Assembly: GCA_965208675.1 (NCBI GenBank)
Contig: OZ242351.1
Span: 2,732,633 to 2,796,632 of the forward strand
Direction: 5' to 3'
Length of the DNA: 64,000 nt
Origin: Candidatus Poribacteria bacterium
Lineage (GTDB): Bacteria > Poribacteria > WGA-4E > PCPOR2b
Each line of letters starts with the position of its first letter. Positions within the stretch are counted from its first letter, which is position 1. The notes beneath the pieces are model-generated. The model searched no databases and was not told the DNA's origin. It worked only from the letters and a program-made list of their open reading frames with translations. The translations under genes and the position numbers were made by a program. Shown one piece after another: positions 39,040-47,888 of the stretch.

Positions 39040-39807
39040 TCACATGCTAACGACTAGTCCAAAATTGCTGTATGCATCGGCCATCGGCACGGTCAATCGG
39101 AATTGGAATTCATCGCCGACATATTCACTACCCACGATTGTCGTCTGACGGAAAATTCGACGCCATTTCGCTAGGTTTTCCGGAGATCGAATTGAATCCA
39201 TTGCTTTGTAAGCCGACTCAACTGCCTCGTCTATTTCAGTTTCGGACATACCATCGTCGATTGAAGTCAGGTAGTCATTCAGCATTTTTTCCGGCATCAC
39301 CCCACCGAGAACACTCAAAAGGTTTTCAATAGGTTTCCTGGCATTCTCAGTAGTGAATGGGAGAACCGTCTCCAAATCGAAATCCCTAAACGCATCCACG
39401 AACTTATTCATCACTTGTTCAGCGGGATGCTCTAGATTTGCACCCGAGTCTTCGGAGAAGTGTTCAGCGCTATCCTGTATTATCTCTGCGTTTAGTGATG
39501 ATTTCGGTTCATCCAACTCTGGTTGTTCAGCCATGTCTTCGAGTTGGGCGAAAAAGTCCTCAATTTGCTGCAGCTCTGCGGCAGAGATTCGCAGCGTGTC
39601 TTCTGGCAAAGCGCTATCGATTTCGGCATTTCGCGCCGTACGCGTTTGAGCGGCCGAATCTGAAAACTCCTTTGGCGATGATATTACAATCTCAACCTCT
39701 CGATCCGAATCCTCTTCAGCCGAAATGAACCAGAGTGTTATAATCGTGCCGACTAAAATGAGGGCTACTGCACCGGCTACGGTTTTGTGAAGCGTTCCAA
39801 ATTTCAT
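39040..39807 (-). CDS. Sigma-less family member (TM anchor + acidic linker + periplasmic module) with premature TGA in the KMRK motif
   Basis: Starts MKFGTLHKTVAGAVALILVGTIITL, homologous to the ...MKVGTVPKITAGAVAIIVLAFIGT segment of full-length paralogs. Contains LRISAAELQQIEDFFAQLED and ...SEYVGDEFQFRL...VVSM. The TGA at 39040-39042 is followed in frame by KVDGEWRIYRMKS* (CGA to TGA at the Arg of KMRK). Confidence 0.65.
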   Translation of the reverse strand: MKFGTLHKTVAGAVALILVGTIITLWFISAEEDSDREVEIVISSPKEFSDSAAQTRTARNAEIDSALPEDTLRISAAELQQIEDFFAQLEDMAEQPELDEPKSSLNAEIIQDSAEHFSEDSGANLEHPAEQVMNKFVDAFRDFDLETVLPFTTENARKPIENLLSVLGGVMPEKMLNDYLTSIDDGMSETEIDEAVESAYKAMDSIRSPENLAKWRRIFRQTTIVGSEYVGDEFQFRLTVPMADAYSNFGLVVSM

Positions 39808-39860
39808 AATTTCTCCTGTATAGCGTTTTCGCGTGTGGGTATCGGAAACAGGAACCGTTT

Positions 39861-40598
39861 CTAGCTTTCTCTAACATTGTGCCGGTCTTTACATTCATCG
39901 CGCGGAAAACGCTCCAGCAGCAGGTCAGCGGGTGTGTAATGCCATGCGGCGCAGTAGCGCGTTCGATTGCTGCGATTATCGTGGCTGCCGTGCAGCAGGT
40001 TTGCTGAGAATATCACAACCGAACCTGCCGGCACTTCGACATCAACCGCTTTCGATTCATCGATTTGAACCCAACTGCCATACGTGTTGGGGTTTCTGTG
40101 ATGTTTTGCGATAACTTTCGATTTATGGCTATTGGGAACCACCCGCAAGCAGCCGTTTTCCCGGTCCGCGTCTTGAAGGTAAATCGCGCAGCTTACAACC
40201 CGCCCCGTGTTCGTCCCGAAGTAGAAGTTATCCTGATGCCAGAAGACAGATGTTCCGCCGCCGGGGAGTTTTGGGAAGAACTTTGTCCCAAACACGTCAA
40301 TGTCCGGTCCGATTAGCGGCGCAACGCGGTCAAGGATTTCCGGTTCTTTAGCCAGGGCAACGATGCGCGGCTCAAGAACGCAGACGCCTTGAATTTTGTG
40401 CAAAAAGCCCGGAATCTGCTGACCGTTTTTGTCAATTTCGAATGACCAGTGCGGCGTATCGACAGGGACATGTGCGCTTCGCTTAACCAATTCATCGAAG
40501 ACCGCTACATAATGGGCAAGTTTCTCGCGGGAAATAAGCCTTTCAAAAACGACGTACCCTTCTTCATGAAACCGGATTTCCGCTTTCTCGCTTAACAT
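39861..40598 (-). CDS. Phytanoyl-CoA dioxygenase (PhyH) family Fe(II)/2OG oxygenase
   Basis: 245 aa. WHQD...H facial-triad pattern (VFWHQDNFYF, LLHGSHDN), PhyH-like. Confidence 0.8.
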   Translation of the reverse strand: MLSEKAEIRFHEEGYVVFERLISREKLAHYVAVFDELVKRSAHVPVDTPHWSFEIDKNGQQIPGFLHKIQGVCVLEPRIVALAKEPEILDRVAPLIGPDIDVFGTKFFPKLPGGGTSVFWHQDNFYFGTNTGRVVSCAIYLQDADRENGCLRVVPNSHKSKVIAKHHRNPNTYGSWVQIDESKAVDVEVPAGSVVIFSANLLHGSHDNRSNRTRYCAAWHYTPADLLLERFPRDECKDRHNVRES

Positions 40599-40660
40599 CG
40601 TAATGACTCATTTCTGCTGCATTTAGACCAAAATCTTATTCCGCCCGCGGCCCCATTCCG

Positions 40661-41458
40661 CTACAATCCCTTTAGCAATTCCACAAATCGCTTCCAGGCT
40701 TTTTCAACCGTTGCCTTTTCGGCATTACTCGCATCATCAGCCATCCCGTGTCTGAGGAATCCGTGGCCAACGCCGGAATAAATTACCGGTTCATAGCTCA
40801 CGCCTGCTGCGTCAGCGGCGGCTTTGGTGCGTTCAATTGTGGCATTAACTCGATTATCGTTCTCGCCATAAAATCCGTAGACAGGGCATTTAATATCACG
40901 GATGGCTTCGCCGCTTGGCGGAGGACCATAGAAGACAAACGCCCCGGCAATTGTGTCGTCGTTCGCCGCGAACCGAAATGTCTGTCCGCCGCCCCAGCAG
41001 AACCCACTCACAGCAACCTTGTCCGTTGTTGAGGGCAGGTCTCGAAGGTATTTCGCTGTCGCTTTCAAATCGGCTGTAATTTGACCGGCGTCGAGATTCC
41101 GAATGGCTCTGCGAACATCGTCGCCGGACTCGAAACTCTCTGTGCCGCCGCCGTCCATACCTGAAAGCATGTCGGGGCAGATGGCTACAAAACCTGCTTC
41201 AGCGAGTCTGTCGCCGACGAGCCTTACCCAATCGGTCAGTCCGAAAATCTCGTGGATGACAATCACCGAAGTCGCCTGCTCTTTAATCTCAGGAAAAACA
41301 ATAAAGGCATTCACGCTCCGCCCTTTAGTCGACGGGATTTTCACCCATTCGCCGTGCCGCGGCGAATTTTCAAGCTGCTCCTTCGCACTCGCAGCCGCTG
41401 CATCGGATCCGAGTATCAAAGCGAGGCAAATTGTACATATGAAGTTCGGTACTTTCAT
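40661..41458 (-). CDS. Secreted dienelactone hydrolase family protein
   Basis: Signal peptide. VIVIHEIFGL, GFCWGG nucleophile elbow, GVGHGF. Confidence 0.85.
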   Translation of the reverse strand: MKVPNFICTICLALILGSDAAAASAKEQLENSPRHGEWVKIPSTKGRSVNAFIVFPEIKEQATSVIVIHEIFGLTDWVRLVGDRLAEAGFVAICPDMLSGMDGGGTESFESGDDVRRAIRNLDAGQITADLKATAKYLRDLPSTTDKVAVSGFCWGGGQTFRFAANDDTIAGAFVFYGPPPSGEAIRDIKCPVYGFYGENDNRVNATIERTKAAADAAGVSYEPVIYSGVGHGFLRHGMADDASNAEKATVEKAWKRFVELLKGL

Positions 41459-41540
41459 AATTCTGTTCTCCCTACTGTGAATGGTTCGATTTACGTGCCG
41501 GCAGGCGGTTCAGACCGCGTGCGTTTTCGTTCGATTTTAG

Positions 41541-41590
41541 GGACTACCCGATTAAAGAATTTTTAGGATAGCAGATTCTCCGATGAGGTG
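41541..41590 (-). promoter_or_regulatory. Degenerate copy of the promoter core upstream of the dienelactone hydrolase gene
   Basis: TATCCTAAAAATTCTTTAATCGGGTAGTCCC matches the 5' half of the core. The GATTCAGACAG half is absent. Confidence 0.35.
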
Positions 41591-41643
41591 ATACCCAAAG
41601 TGAAGAATTAGCTAGTTTAATACCCGTGCAGGAGGTTTTTCCT

Positions 41644-43317
41644 CTAAAAACGGTAAAACCACGTTGTAGCGAATTCGATTCCGCGTCCGGATTCAAGGGG
41701 TTTGAAAAAGTTCATTCTGGAAATAGGGCTGTCCTCCGAGAACTGTAAACCGATACCGACATCTGTCTTTGGATCAAAGCGGTACGGTTTATCAGATATA
41801 CTCCAAACTTGCCCTTCATTAAGGGACAACACGATGAACCACTCATTCAGAAACCCCCAATGGTACAGATTTGAGAGACGGTATAAATATTCTATATTGA
41901 GCAGGGCGCCGTGATCTCCTGAAAATGCGTAGAGTGGATATCCGTTCAAGAGACCAGGCCCCCCAATAAAGAATTGGCGTTGAATCGGCAGTTCATCCGT
42001 AGCAAAGCCCAACATCAGCCGCGTTTGGACAATGTTATTTCCTTTCCCTACTGCATATCGCAGGTGCAACTGAAACCGCGTAAAATCAAAATCGGAATCA
42101 ACGGCAGGACTGCTGTGCTCGACGAGAAGGGTATTGTGCCAACCGAGGTTTTTGTTTTTCCTAGTGTTCAGGTCGTACGTAAATTCGACACTCCGCAGCC
42201 GCCCGGGGTCTATCCGTGGATTTTCTCTCGCTTTTGGAACTGAATCCCAATTGTAAAGATGCCAATCCGTAGATTTACGCAGGCTTTCGTGTGATTCGGC
42301 GCGCATCGTGAATTTGAGCGAATGCGTGAACTCCCGCGGTTCCCATCGAATCGACATCTCAACCCCTTCTCTTAAATAGTAGTTATGTAGCTGAGTCAGC
42401 CCCAGAACGCTACACCAGACGTACCATCCATCCTCGTAGGACGGGAAAAGATCCGGAGAGACGACAGCGGTGGTGCGATGGATTTGAGCCGTGACGCCCA
42501 AATTCCAGATGTTGGGTTGCCCCTGGATAGCTTCTCCACCCACTCTGTAATTGAGATACTTATTTCCAAATCCGTAGCCAATCTCTCCAAATAATTTTGG
42601 CAGATGCGCTCTAGCCGAGCTAGGGATGTCCCACATCCAGAGCGGTCCCATCTGCCACCGTTTTCCCAGTTCGAGGCGAGTAGCCAGCAACCATCCGGTG
42701 ACACGATTAAACCGAATGAGCGGAACTGGACCGAGATAATAGTTTGAAGAGAGCGCTTTTTCGGCGACGGTAATTATCGCAACGAGCTTTGTGCCGTCAT
42801 TCGTATACTCTAAGGTGACCCGACTAAAATAGGGTAAGAAATCCTTTAAGGTGTCAACTGCTTTGTTGAGGTCTTCAGGTCCGTATTCAAGGCCGCCTCG
42901 AATCTCCGCCTCGGAAACTTTCTGATTTCCTCGAATCCGAATTTCATGAATTGGGTGTCCCGCGGCAGTCCGAAACCGCGTCGTTGGTGGAGTTGGCGAA
43001 CTCTGCCTATCCGGCTGCGTTACAACGATAATTGTTGCTACACGCCTCGAACCGTCATGCTTAATTTCCAAGATGGCCCTATTCAAATCGGGCAAAGGCA
43101 AGGTTGTAATCGCTTTTGTGATATCCTCAGGTGCGTTTTCAAGGGCGCTTCGAATTTGTGCTTCGCTGATTTGCTGATTTCCTTGAATCCGGACTTCATG
43201 AATCGGTTCGCCTTCGGCAGTCCGAAACCGCGTGGAATCGTTTTGCGGATGTGCGCTCGCCGCAACACCAATCTCTACCGTCAAAAATGAAATGACGAGG
43301 AGCATTACGCGGTTCAT
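41644..43317 (-). CDS. Omp85-superfamily outer-membrane beta-barrel protein with two tandem POTRA-like repeats
   Basis: Signal peptide. Duplicated ~75-aa unit (TRFRTAEGEPIHEVRIQGNQQISEAQIR... and TRFRTAAGHPIHEIRIRGNQKVSEAEIR...). A long barrel-like region with alternating hydrophobic residues ends in ...WFYRF, with a terminal Phe. Confidence 0.65.
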   Translation of the reverse strand: MNRVMLLVISFLTVEIGVAASAHPQNDSTRFRTAEGEPIHEVRIQGNQQISEAQIRSALENAPEDITKAITTLPLPDLNRAILEIKHDGSRRVATIIVVTQPDRQSSPTPPTTRFRTAAGHPIHEIRIRGNQKVSEAEIRGGLEYGPEDLNKAVDTLKDFLPYFSRVTLEYTNDGTKLVAIITVAEKALSSNYYLGPVPLIRFNRVTGWLLATRLELGKRWQMGPLWMWDIPSSARAHLPKLFGEIGYGFGNKYLNYRVGGEAIQGQPNIWNLGVTAQIHRTTAVVSPDLFPSYEDGWYVWCSVLGLTQLHNYYLREGVEMSIRWEPREFTHSLKFTMRAESHESLRKSTDWHLYNWDSVPKARENPRIDPGRLRSVEFTYDLNTRKNKNLGWHNTLLVEHSSPAVDSDFDFTRFQLHLRYAVGKGNNIVQTRLMLGFATDELPIQRQFFIGGPGLLNGYPLYAFSGDHGALLNIEYLYRLSNLYHWGFLNEWFIVLSLNEGQVWSISDKPYRFDPKTDVGIGLQFSEDSPISRMNFFKPLESGRGIEFATTWFYRF

Positions 43318-43430
43318 CTGGCACCTCCTTTAGGTACAATCCGTATGCTTCCCGTTGTGAAATCGGAACTTCGGCCATATTCAACTACAAAATCCAGATA
43401 AATTTCTTGCCACTTTTATCGGGTGATAAA

Positions 43431-43474
43431 CAGTCTGAATCAGGATTTACTGGATCAAAGGATTCTCAGAATAG
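43431..43474 (-). promoter_or_regulatory. Intact conserved promoter core upstream of the Omp85/POTRA gene
   Basis: TATTCTGAGAATCCTTTGATCCAGTAAATCCTGATTCAGACTG, about 115 bp upstream of the ATG at 43317. Confidence 0.5.
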
Positions 43475-43491
43475 CAGATTTTTAGCGGTAT

Positions 43492-43527
43492 GAAAAGAAA
43501 AAAGGCGAATGGATTGAACCATTCGCC
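43492..43527 (-). terminator. Intrinsic terminator (same hairpin family) after the orphan module fragment, upstream of the Omp85 gene
   Basis: GGCGAATGGttcaatCCATTCGCC + TTTTTTCTTTTC on the minus strand. Confidence 0.55.
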
Positions 43528-43544
43528 TTGTGTAGTTTTTGGAC

Positions 43545-43710
43545 TAGGAATTCAGGTTAGTGATGGTACACCTCATCTTCAATTTCATGAATGTGCCATG
43601 TTCCACCGACGCTGGCACACCAAACGTTCTCCAGCGGAAGTGCAATTCATCGCCGACATGCACACTGCTCAAAATCCCGACCCAATAAGGCTCTGTAGAT
43701 ATTTCACCTA
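43545..43710 (-). pseudogene. Orphan fragment of the family C-terminal module
   Basis: Minus-strand translation ...ILSSVHVGDELHFRWRTFGVPASVEHGTFMKLKMRCTITNLNS* resembles SSEYVGDEFHFRL...KMRK. There is no upstream ORF. Confidence 0.5.
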
Positions 43711-44026
43711 ACTAGACGACCGAATTAACGAAACCGAGAAACCCAAGATGGCATTCGGCAAGGCACTCAGACCAAGAAAAGATTCGCCGATAGTGCTTGG
43801 TTATGTTTTTAAACTATCCATTAGAGTCTTTCATGACAAAGACAGGCATTATAGCATTTAAGTGACGGCTTTTGGCACGCGGGAAACAACCGGCATTGCA
43901 CCCCAGTAGGTTAAACTATACGAATGAATCATGTTCATTGGTGAAACCCTGAACTAACGACCCAACACAGATGATTCGTGGCGCTGTCCCGCGCTTAGCG
44001 TGTAGCGTAATGGATTGCTCAAACCA

Positions 44027-44410
44027 TCAGCCGTGATACGGTATTGTGAGATTCTGATTCAGTTGTTTTCGATTGTTCTCTGATTTCCAAGAGGGAGAAG
44101 GTGCCGACAAAGAATTAAAATTATTAGTTGCTGAATTCCTCTCGCTAACCTCAGCTTTGTACGATTTTATTAGATTGACTGTTGCCCACACAAACAACGC
44201 GATCGCAACCACCACAAACACAAACATAACCGGTCTTAGTTTTTCACTCCATGGTGTCCGTTTTCCCCAAGCCGCCGCTGCCGCGGAAAAGAGAAGCAAC
44301 CCCGTCATGAATAACGTCTCTGTAGTAACACCCGTAACCGTGATTTGAATTAGTATAATAATCAATCCTATTACGAGGGTAACCAAGGCAATTCGTTTTT
44401 TGCGATTCAT
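44027..44410 (-). CDS. Small hypothetical membrane protein (3 predicted TM helices)
   Basis: Start MNRKKRIALVTLVIGLIIILI... Three hydrophobic stretches. Confidence 0.45.
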   Translation of the reverse strand: MNRKKRIALVTLVIGLIIILIQITVTGVTTETLFMTGLLLFSAAAAAWGKRTPWSEKLRPVMFVFVVVAIALFVWATVNLIKSYKAEVSERNSATNNFNSLSAPSPSWKSENNRKQLNQNLTIPYHG

Positions 44411-45130
44411 AAAAACCCTTCCATAAATGAGCATATAGTCATGGCACAATTATAACGGCAGTTTCCATTGTTATGCCGTTTAGCAATCGGTGTTTTTTCT
44501 TAGCCTCTCGAATTTGCTGTGAGATGGAACATTCCTCCACTCGTTGAAACACCTCATAATGATCATGTTTAACGAACTCGTAACCTTTTTGCAAGTCACG
44601 CTGCAGACGCACGCGCATTCATCATTCGAATACAAGATGTCCTCGTTCTTCAAACATATCGGCGAGGTGAATCCCTATAGAAACTGAAAATTTGCCATCT
44701 TCAGTTGTGTGTATAGCCATGAATTTATCAATGTCGCTACCTTCAACTGACGCAAGAGTGCCTAATCATAGGGCAATCCGGAGATTCTCCTTATGTATCT
44801 CAAGGGCATTTAGGTGAGTTTTACGTGTTTGCCTGAAAGATTCACAAGCATGATCGATTCTCCTTATCAAGTGTACGTGATGCTGCTAGACATTGGTTTC
44901 TTTTACAGAAAGCTGTGTCACTATGGCATTCGGCGAGTCAAACTGAGCAAAGAACCAGTTTGTCACATCTTCGACCGTTTTACACAAGCGTAACAATTCC
45001 GCCTCAGTGTCGTAACAATACACGGATTTTTACGGACGTAATCTGTGGTGTAAGCAACGGAACTGGAGCAAGGTGTTCCTTGATGAGAACTCATGGGGCG
45101 GGTTGCGAGTTATTGTGAAACTTCTCTCTA

Positions 45131-46564
45131 CTATTCATAAATCTGCCATGTACCGTTCTCTTTTCGCATCTTATGAAGAAAGTCGGGCATTTCCGGCATC
45201 TCAGGCATCTGAAATGTCTCGGGAATCTCTGAAATGTCCTGCCCAAACCTTCCTAGCATCTCTGACATTTCCGGCAACTGGCTCCTTAATCGAAAGTGGA
45301 ATTCCTCGCCGACAAACTCACTGCTCACAATCTCTGCTTGACTAAACATCTGTTTAAGGATTGGTTGCATCATTCCTTGTATCATCTGAAGTGTCTCATC
45401 TGCCTCGTCTTCTGGCAAACCACTATCATAAAAAATTTCCTCAATCTCTTGTGGTAACCCTCCTAAAGGCAAACTACTTTCAAACTCTTCTTTGGCTGCA
45501 CCTGTCAGAAATGAGAGCATCGCGCCAGCGTCAAAATTCCGGAACGCCTTCAGATAAGCGTTCATTACATCTTCAGCGGATTGAGTGGTGTCTTCTGGCG
45601 TCGCCCATGAGTCGGTGGCATCGCCCGCATCGGCGTTCTTATCTAAGGCTTCGTCCGTTACTTGTTGCGACGTATCCGTCGCCGAATGCGAGTCTGCCTC
45701 GTCAAGTTGAGCGAAGAAGTCCTCAATCTGCTGCATCTCTTCTGCGGAGATTCGCGGTTTATCTTCACGCGGGGGTGCGGTGACTGCATTACTTCGTATG
45801 GCATCCGTTTGGATGGCCGGTTGCGCGGACTCTGTTGAAGTCACAATCTCAACCGACGAGGACGTATCCTCTTCTGACGAAATGAACTGGCGCGTCCCGA
45901 TGTAGGCTAGTATGACGACGGCTACTACCCCCGCGGTGATTTTGGGTATTGTTCCAACTTTCATGACCGTTAATCCTCCTGAATAGATTTTTTTGAGTGT
46001 CGACGCGGGAATAGCGAACACCCCAGTGAGCAGATGACCCAACCGCTTGGAGAGTTTCTGTTTGGCACGCGAAAGCCGTACCGAAACCGCTTTGTACGAC
46101 AACCCATGCGTCCTCGTCAACTCGTCGTAGCTTGCGCCTTCAATATAGTACGACCGGGCAATCTCCCGCTCACCTGGCGAAAGCGTCTCTATCGCACGGC
46201 GAATGAGTTCGCTCTGTTCACGGTGTATCAACTCGTCGTCCGGTGCATCCGAGGGCGATAGTGTGTGCTCCCCCACCTCATTGATGGACACGGTATCAAT
46301 CCGCTGTTCTCGCTGCCAGTTGAGCGCACGATTTCGCGCAATTTTTGCCAGCCAGTTTTTAAACTTTTTCGCATCCTCGAGGTCTGGCAGGCCGCGATAA
46401 GCGTTGAGAAAAGAATCTTGCACGACCTCTTCGGCGTCTTGGGGATTTTTCACGATTCCGATAACAATCGCATAGACATAACCATAATGCACCCGCAATA
46501 GATCGACGAATGCACCTTCGTCCCCGGATTGTGCGCGAGCAATTGTGTCCTCGTTAATAATCAC
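45131..46564 (-). CDS. ECF sigma-TM-periplasmic module fusion protein (subfamily A paralog); lacks the conserved promoter core upstream
   Basis: 477 aa. GTG start. Sigma regions 2 and 4, TM (KITAGVVAVVILAYIGT), PRISAEEMQQIEDFF, C-terminus ...SEFVGEEFHFRL...LHKMRKENGTWQIYE. Confidence 0.8.
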   Translation of the reverse strand: MIINEDTIARAQSGDEGAFVDLLRVHYGYVYAIVIGIVKNPQDAEEVVQDSFLNAYRGLPDLEDAKKFKNWLAKIARNRALNWQREQRIDTVSINEVGEHTLSPSDAPDDELIHREQSELIRRAIETLSPGEREIARSYYIEGASYDELTRTHGLSYKAVSVRLSRAKQKLSKRLGHLLTGVFAIPASTLKKIYSGGLTVMKVGTIPKITAGVVAVVILAYIGTRQFISSEEDTSSSVEIVTSTESAQPAIQTDAIRSNAVTAPPREDKPRISAEEMQQIEDFFAQLDEADSHSATDTSQQVTDEALDKNADAGDATDSWATPEDTTQSAEDVMNAYLKAFRNFDAGAMLSFLTGAAKEEFESSLPLGGLPQEIEEIFYDSGLPEDEADETLQMIQGMMQPILKQMFSQAEIVSSEFVGEEFHFRLRSQLPEMSEMLGRFGQDISEIPETFQMPEMPEMPDFLHKMRKENGTWQIYE

Positions 46565-46812
46565 TGTGAGTTGTTCCTCTCTTTAACCTAATAAAGACAC
46601 GGTTTTACGACTTTTTCTACTTCTTTTTTGCTTTCGTTCTCCTGTTGTTGCTATTTCCTTTCAAAACTGGGGGACGAACCATGCTGCGATTAGTGATTGC
46701 GGAACCAACTGACGCCGTGCTAAAATTGAAATTTGATTCCCTAATTCTTTCGCCGCTAGATGCCACCATCGCGCATCATCCGACATAATACTCCGCTTGT
46801 CAGTTTGACACT

Positions 46813-47859
46813 ATGAACATTCGGCATAGCGTCACAAACCTTCAGCTTGTCCATCCATTCAAAATCTCAAGGCGGGATGCCGATCAATATCGACAGGTTA
46901 TCTACGTCGAGATTGATGGCGGTATTGGCGAAGCTGCGCCGGCTCGGTTCTACGGCGAAACTGTCGCGACGGTTCAGGGTGCTCTAGAAATTTTCGATTC
47001 GAATCTAGATGAGAATCTAGATGAGAATCTAGATGCCATTCAAGCCGTGATGGATAGGTTGGAATGTACGCTACCAGGGAATTACGCGGCGAAGTGCGCA
47101 GTTGATATGGCGTTGCATGATCGGCTCGGCAAGCGGTTAGGCGTGCCGCTTTACCGGTTGTGGGGACTCAATCCCAATAAAACCCCGCGCACCGCATTCA
47201 CAATTGGGTTGGACGAACCGGAGATTATGGGTCGTAAAGCGCGCGAGGCGCGAGATTACCCAATCCTAAAGGTTAAACTCGGCACGCCTCACGACCTCCA
47301 GATAATCCGCGCAATCCGCCGTACAACGGATAAACCGATTTATGTCGATGCAAACACATCGTGGACGCCCAAAGAGGCGGTACGTAAAATCGAAGACCTA
47401 GTCCCTTACAGGATTGAACTCATCGAGCAGCCAACGAGCGCTGACGATTTGGAGGGGCTAAGATATATCAAAGAACACGTGGATGTCCCCATTATCGCCG
47501 ATGAAAGTGTCAAACGCGCCGTGGATATCCCCCCGCTTCTGGGTTGTGTTGACGGAATAAACATTAAGTTGACCAAATGCGGCGGCCTCCTCGAAGCCGT
47601 GCGGATGATTCACGCCGCGCGCACCCACGGTCTACAGGTCATGATCGGCTGCATGATAGAAAGTTCGCTTGGCATCACGGCGGCTGCCCACCTCACGCCG
47701 TTTGTGGATTACGCCGATCTTGATGGGCATCTTCTCATTGTTAACGATCCGCATGTCGGCGTTACGCTTGAGGCGGGGAAAATCATCCTCCCCGATCGGC
47801 CCGGGATTGGCGTTGTCCCCCGTGAATGCCGCCGCACGCCGCCATCAGATACGCTTTGA
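46813..47859 (+). CDS. Enolase-superfamily dipeptide epimerase-like protein (MR/MLE family)
   Basis: KVKLG, DANTSW, ELIEQP, IADES, KLTKCGG. Metal-ligand spacing typical of L-Ala-D/L-Glu epimerase-like enzymes. Confidence 0.8.
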   Translation: MNIRHSVTNLQLVHPFKISRRDADQYRQVIYVEIDGGIGEAAPARFYGETVATVQGALEIFDSNLDENLDENLDAIQAVMDRLECTLPGNYAAKCAVDMALHDRLGKRLGVPLYRLWGLNPNKTPRTAFTIGLDEPEIMGRKAREARDYPILKVKLGTPHDLQIIRAIRRTTDKPIYVDANTSWTPKEAVRKIEDLVPYRIELIEQPTSADDLEGLRYIKEHVDVPIIADESVKRAVDIPPLLGCVDGINIKLTKCGGLLEAVRMIHAARTHGLQVMIGCMIESSLGITAAAHLTPFVDYADLDGHLLIVNDPHVGVTLEAGKIILPDRPGIGVVPRECRRTPPSDTL

Positions 47860-47888
47860 AGCCGTGCGAGATGGTTCGGCATCGCAAT

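Noticed and set aside
24100-43530. The regularly recurring ~130-bp conserved element as a possible CRISPR array or MITE family
   Set aside because: Spacing equals gene lengths (1.5-2.8 kb), not 30-40-bp spacers. There are no terminal inverted repeats or target-site duplications. The copies lie exactly in intergenic 5' regions of paralogous genes, so they are co-duplicated regulatory DNA.
44600-44760. Short minus-strand ORF MAIHTTEDGKFSVSIGIHLADMFEERGHLVFE* vaguely resembling the HicB/UPF0150 N-terminus
   Set aside because: Only about 30 aa with weak similarity, and no partner toxin. Too short to call.
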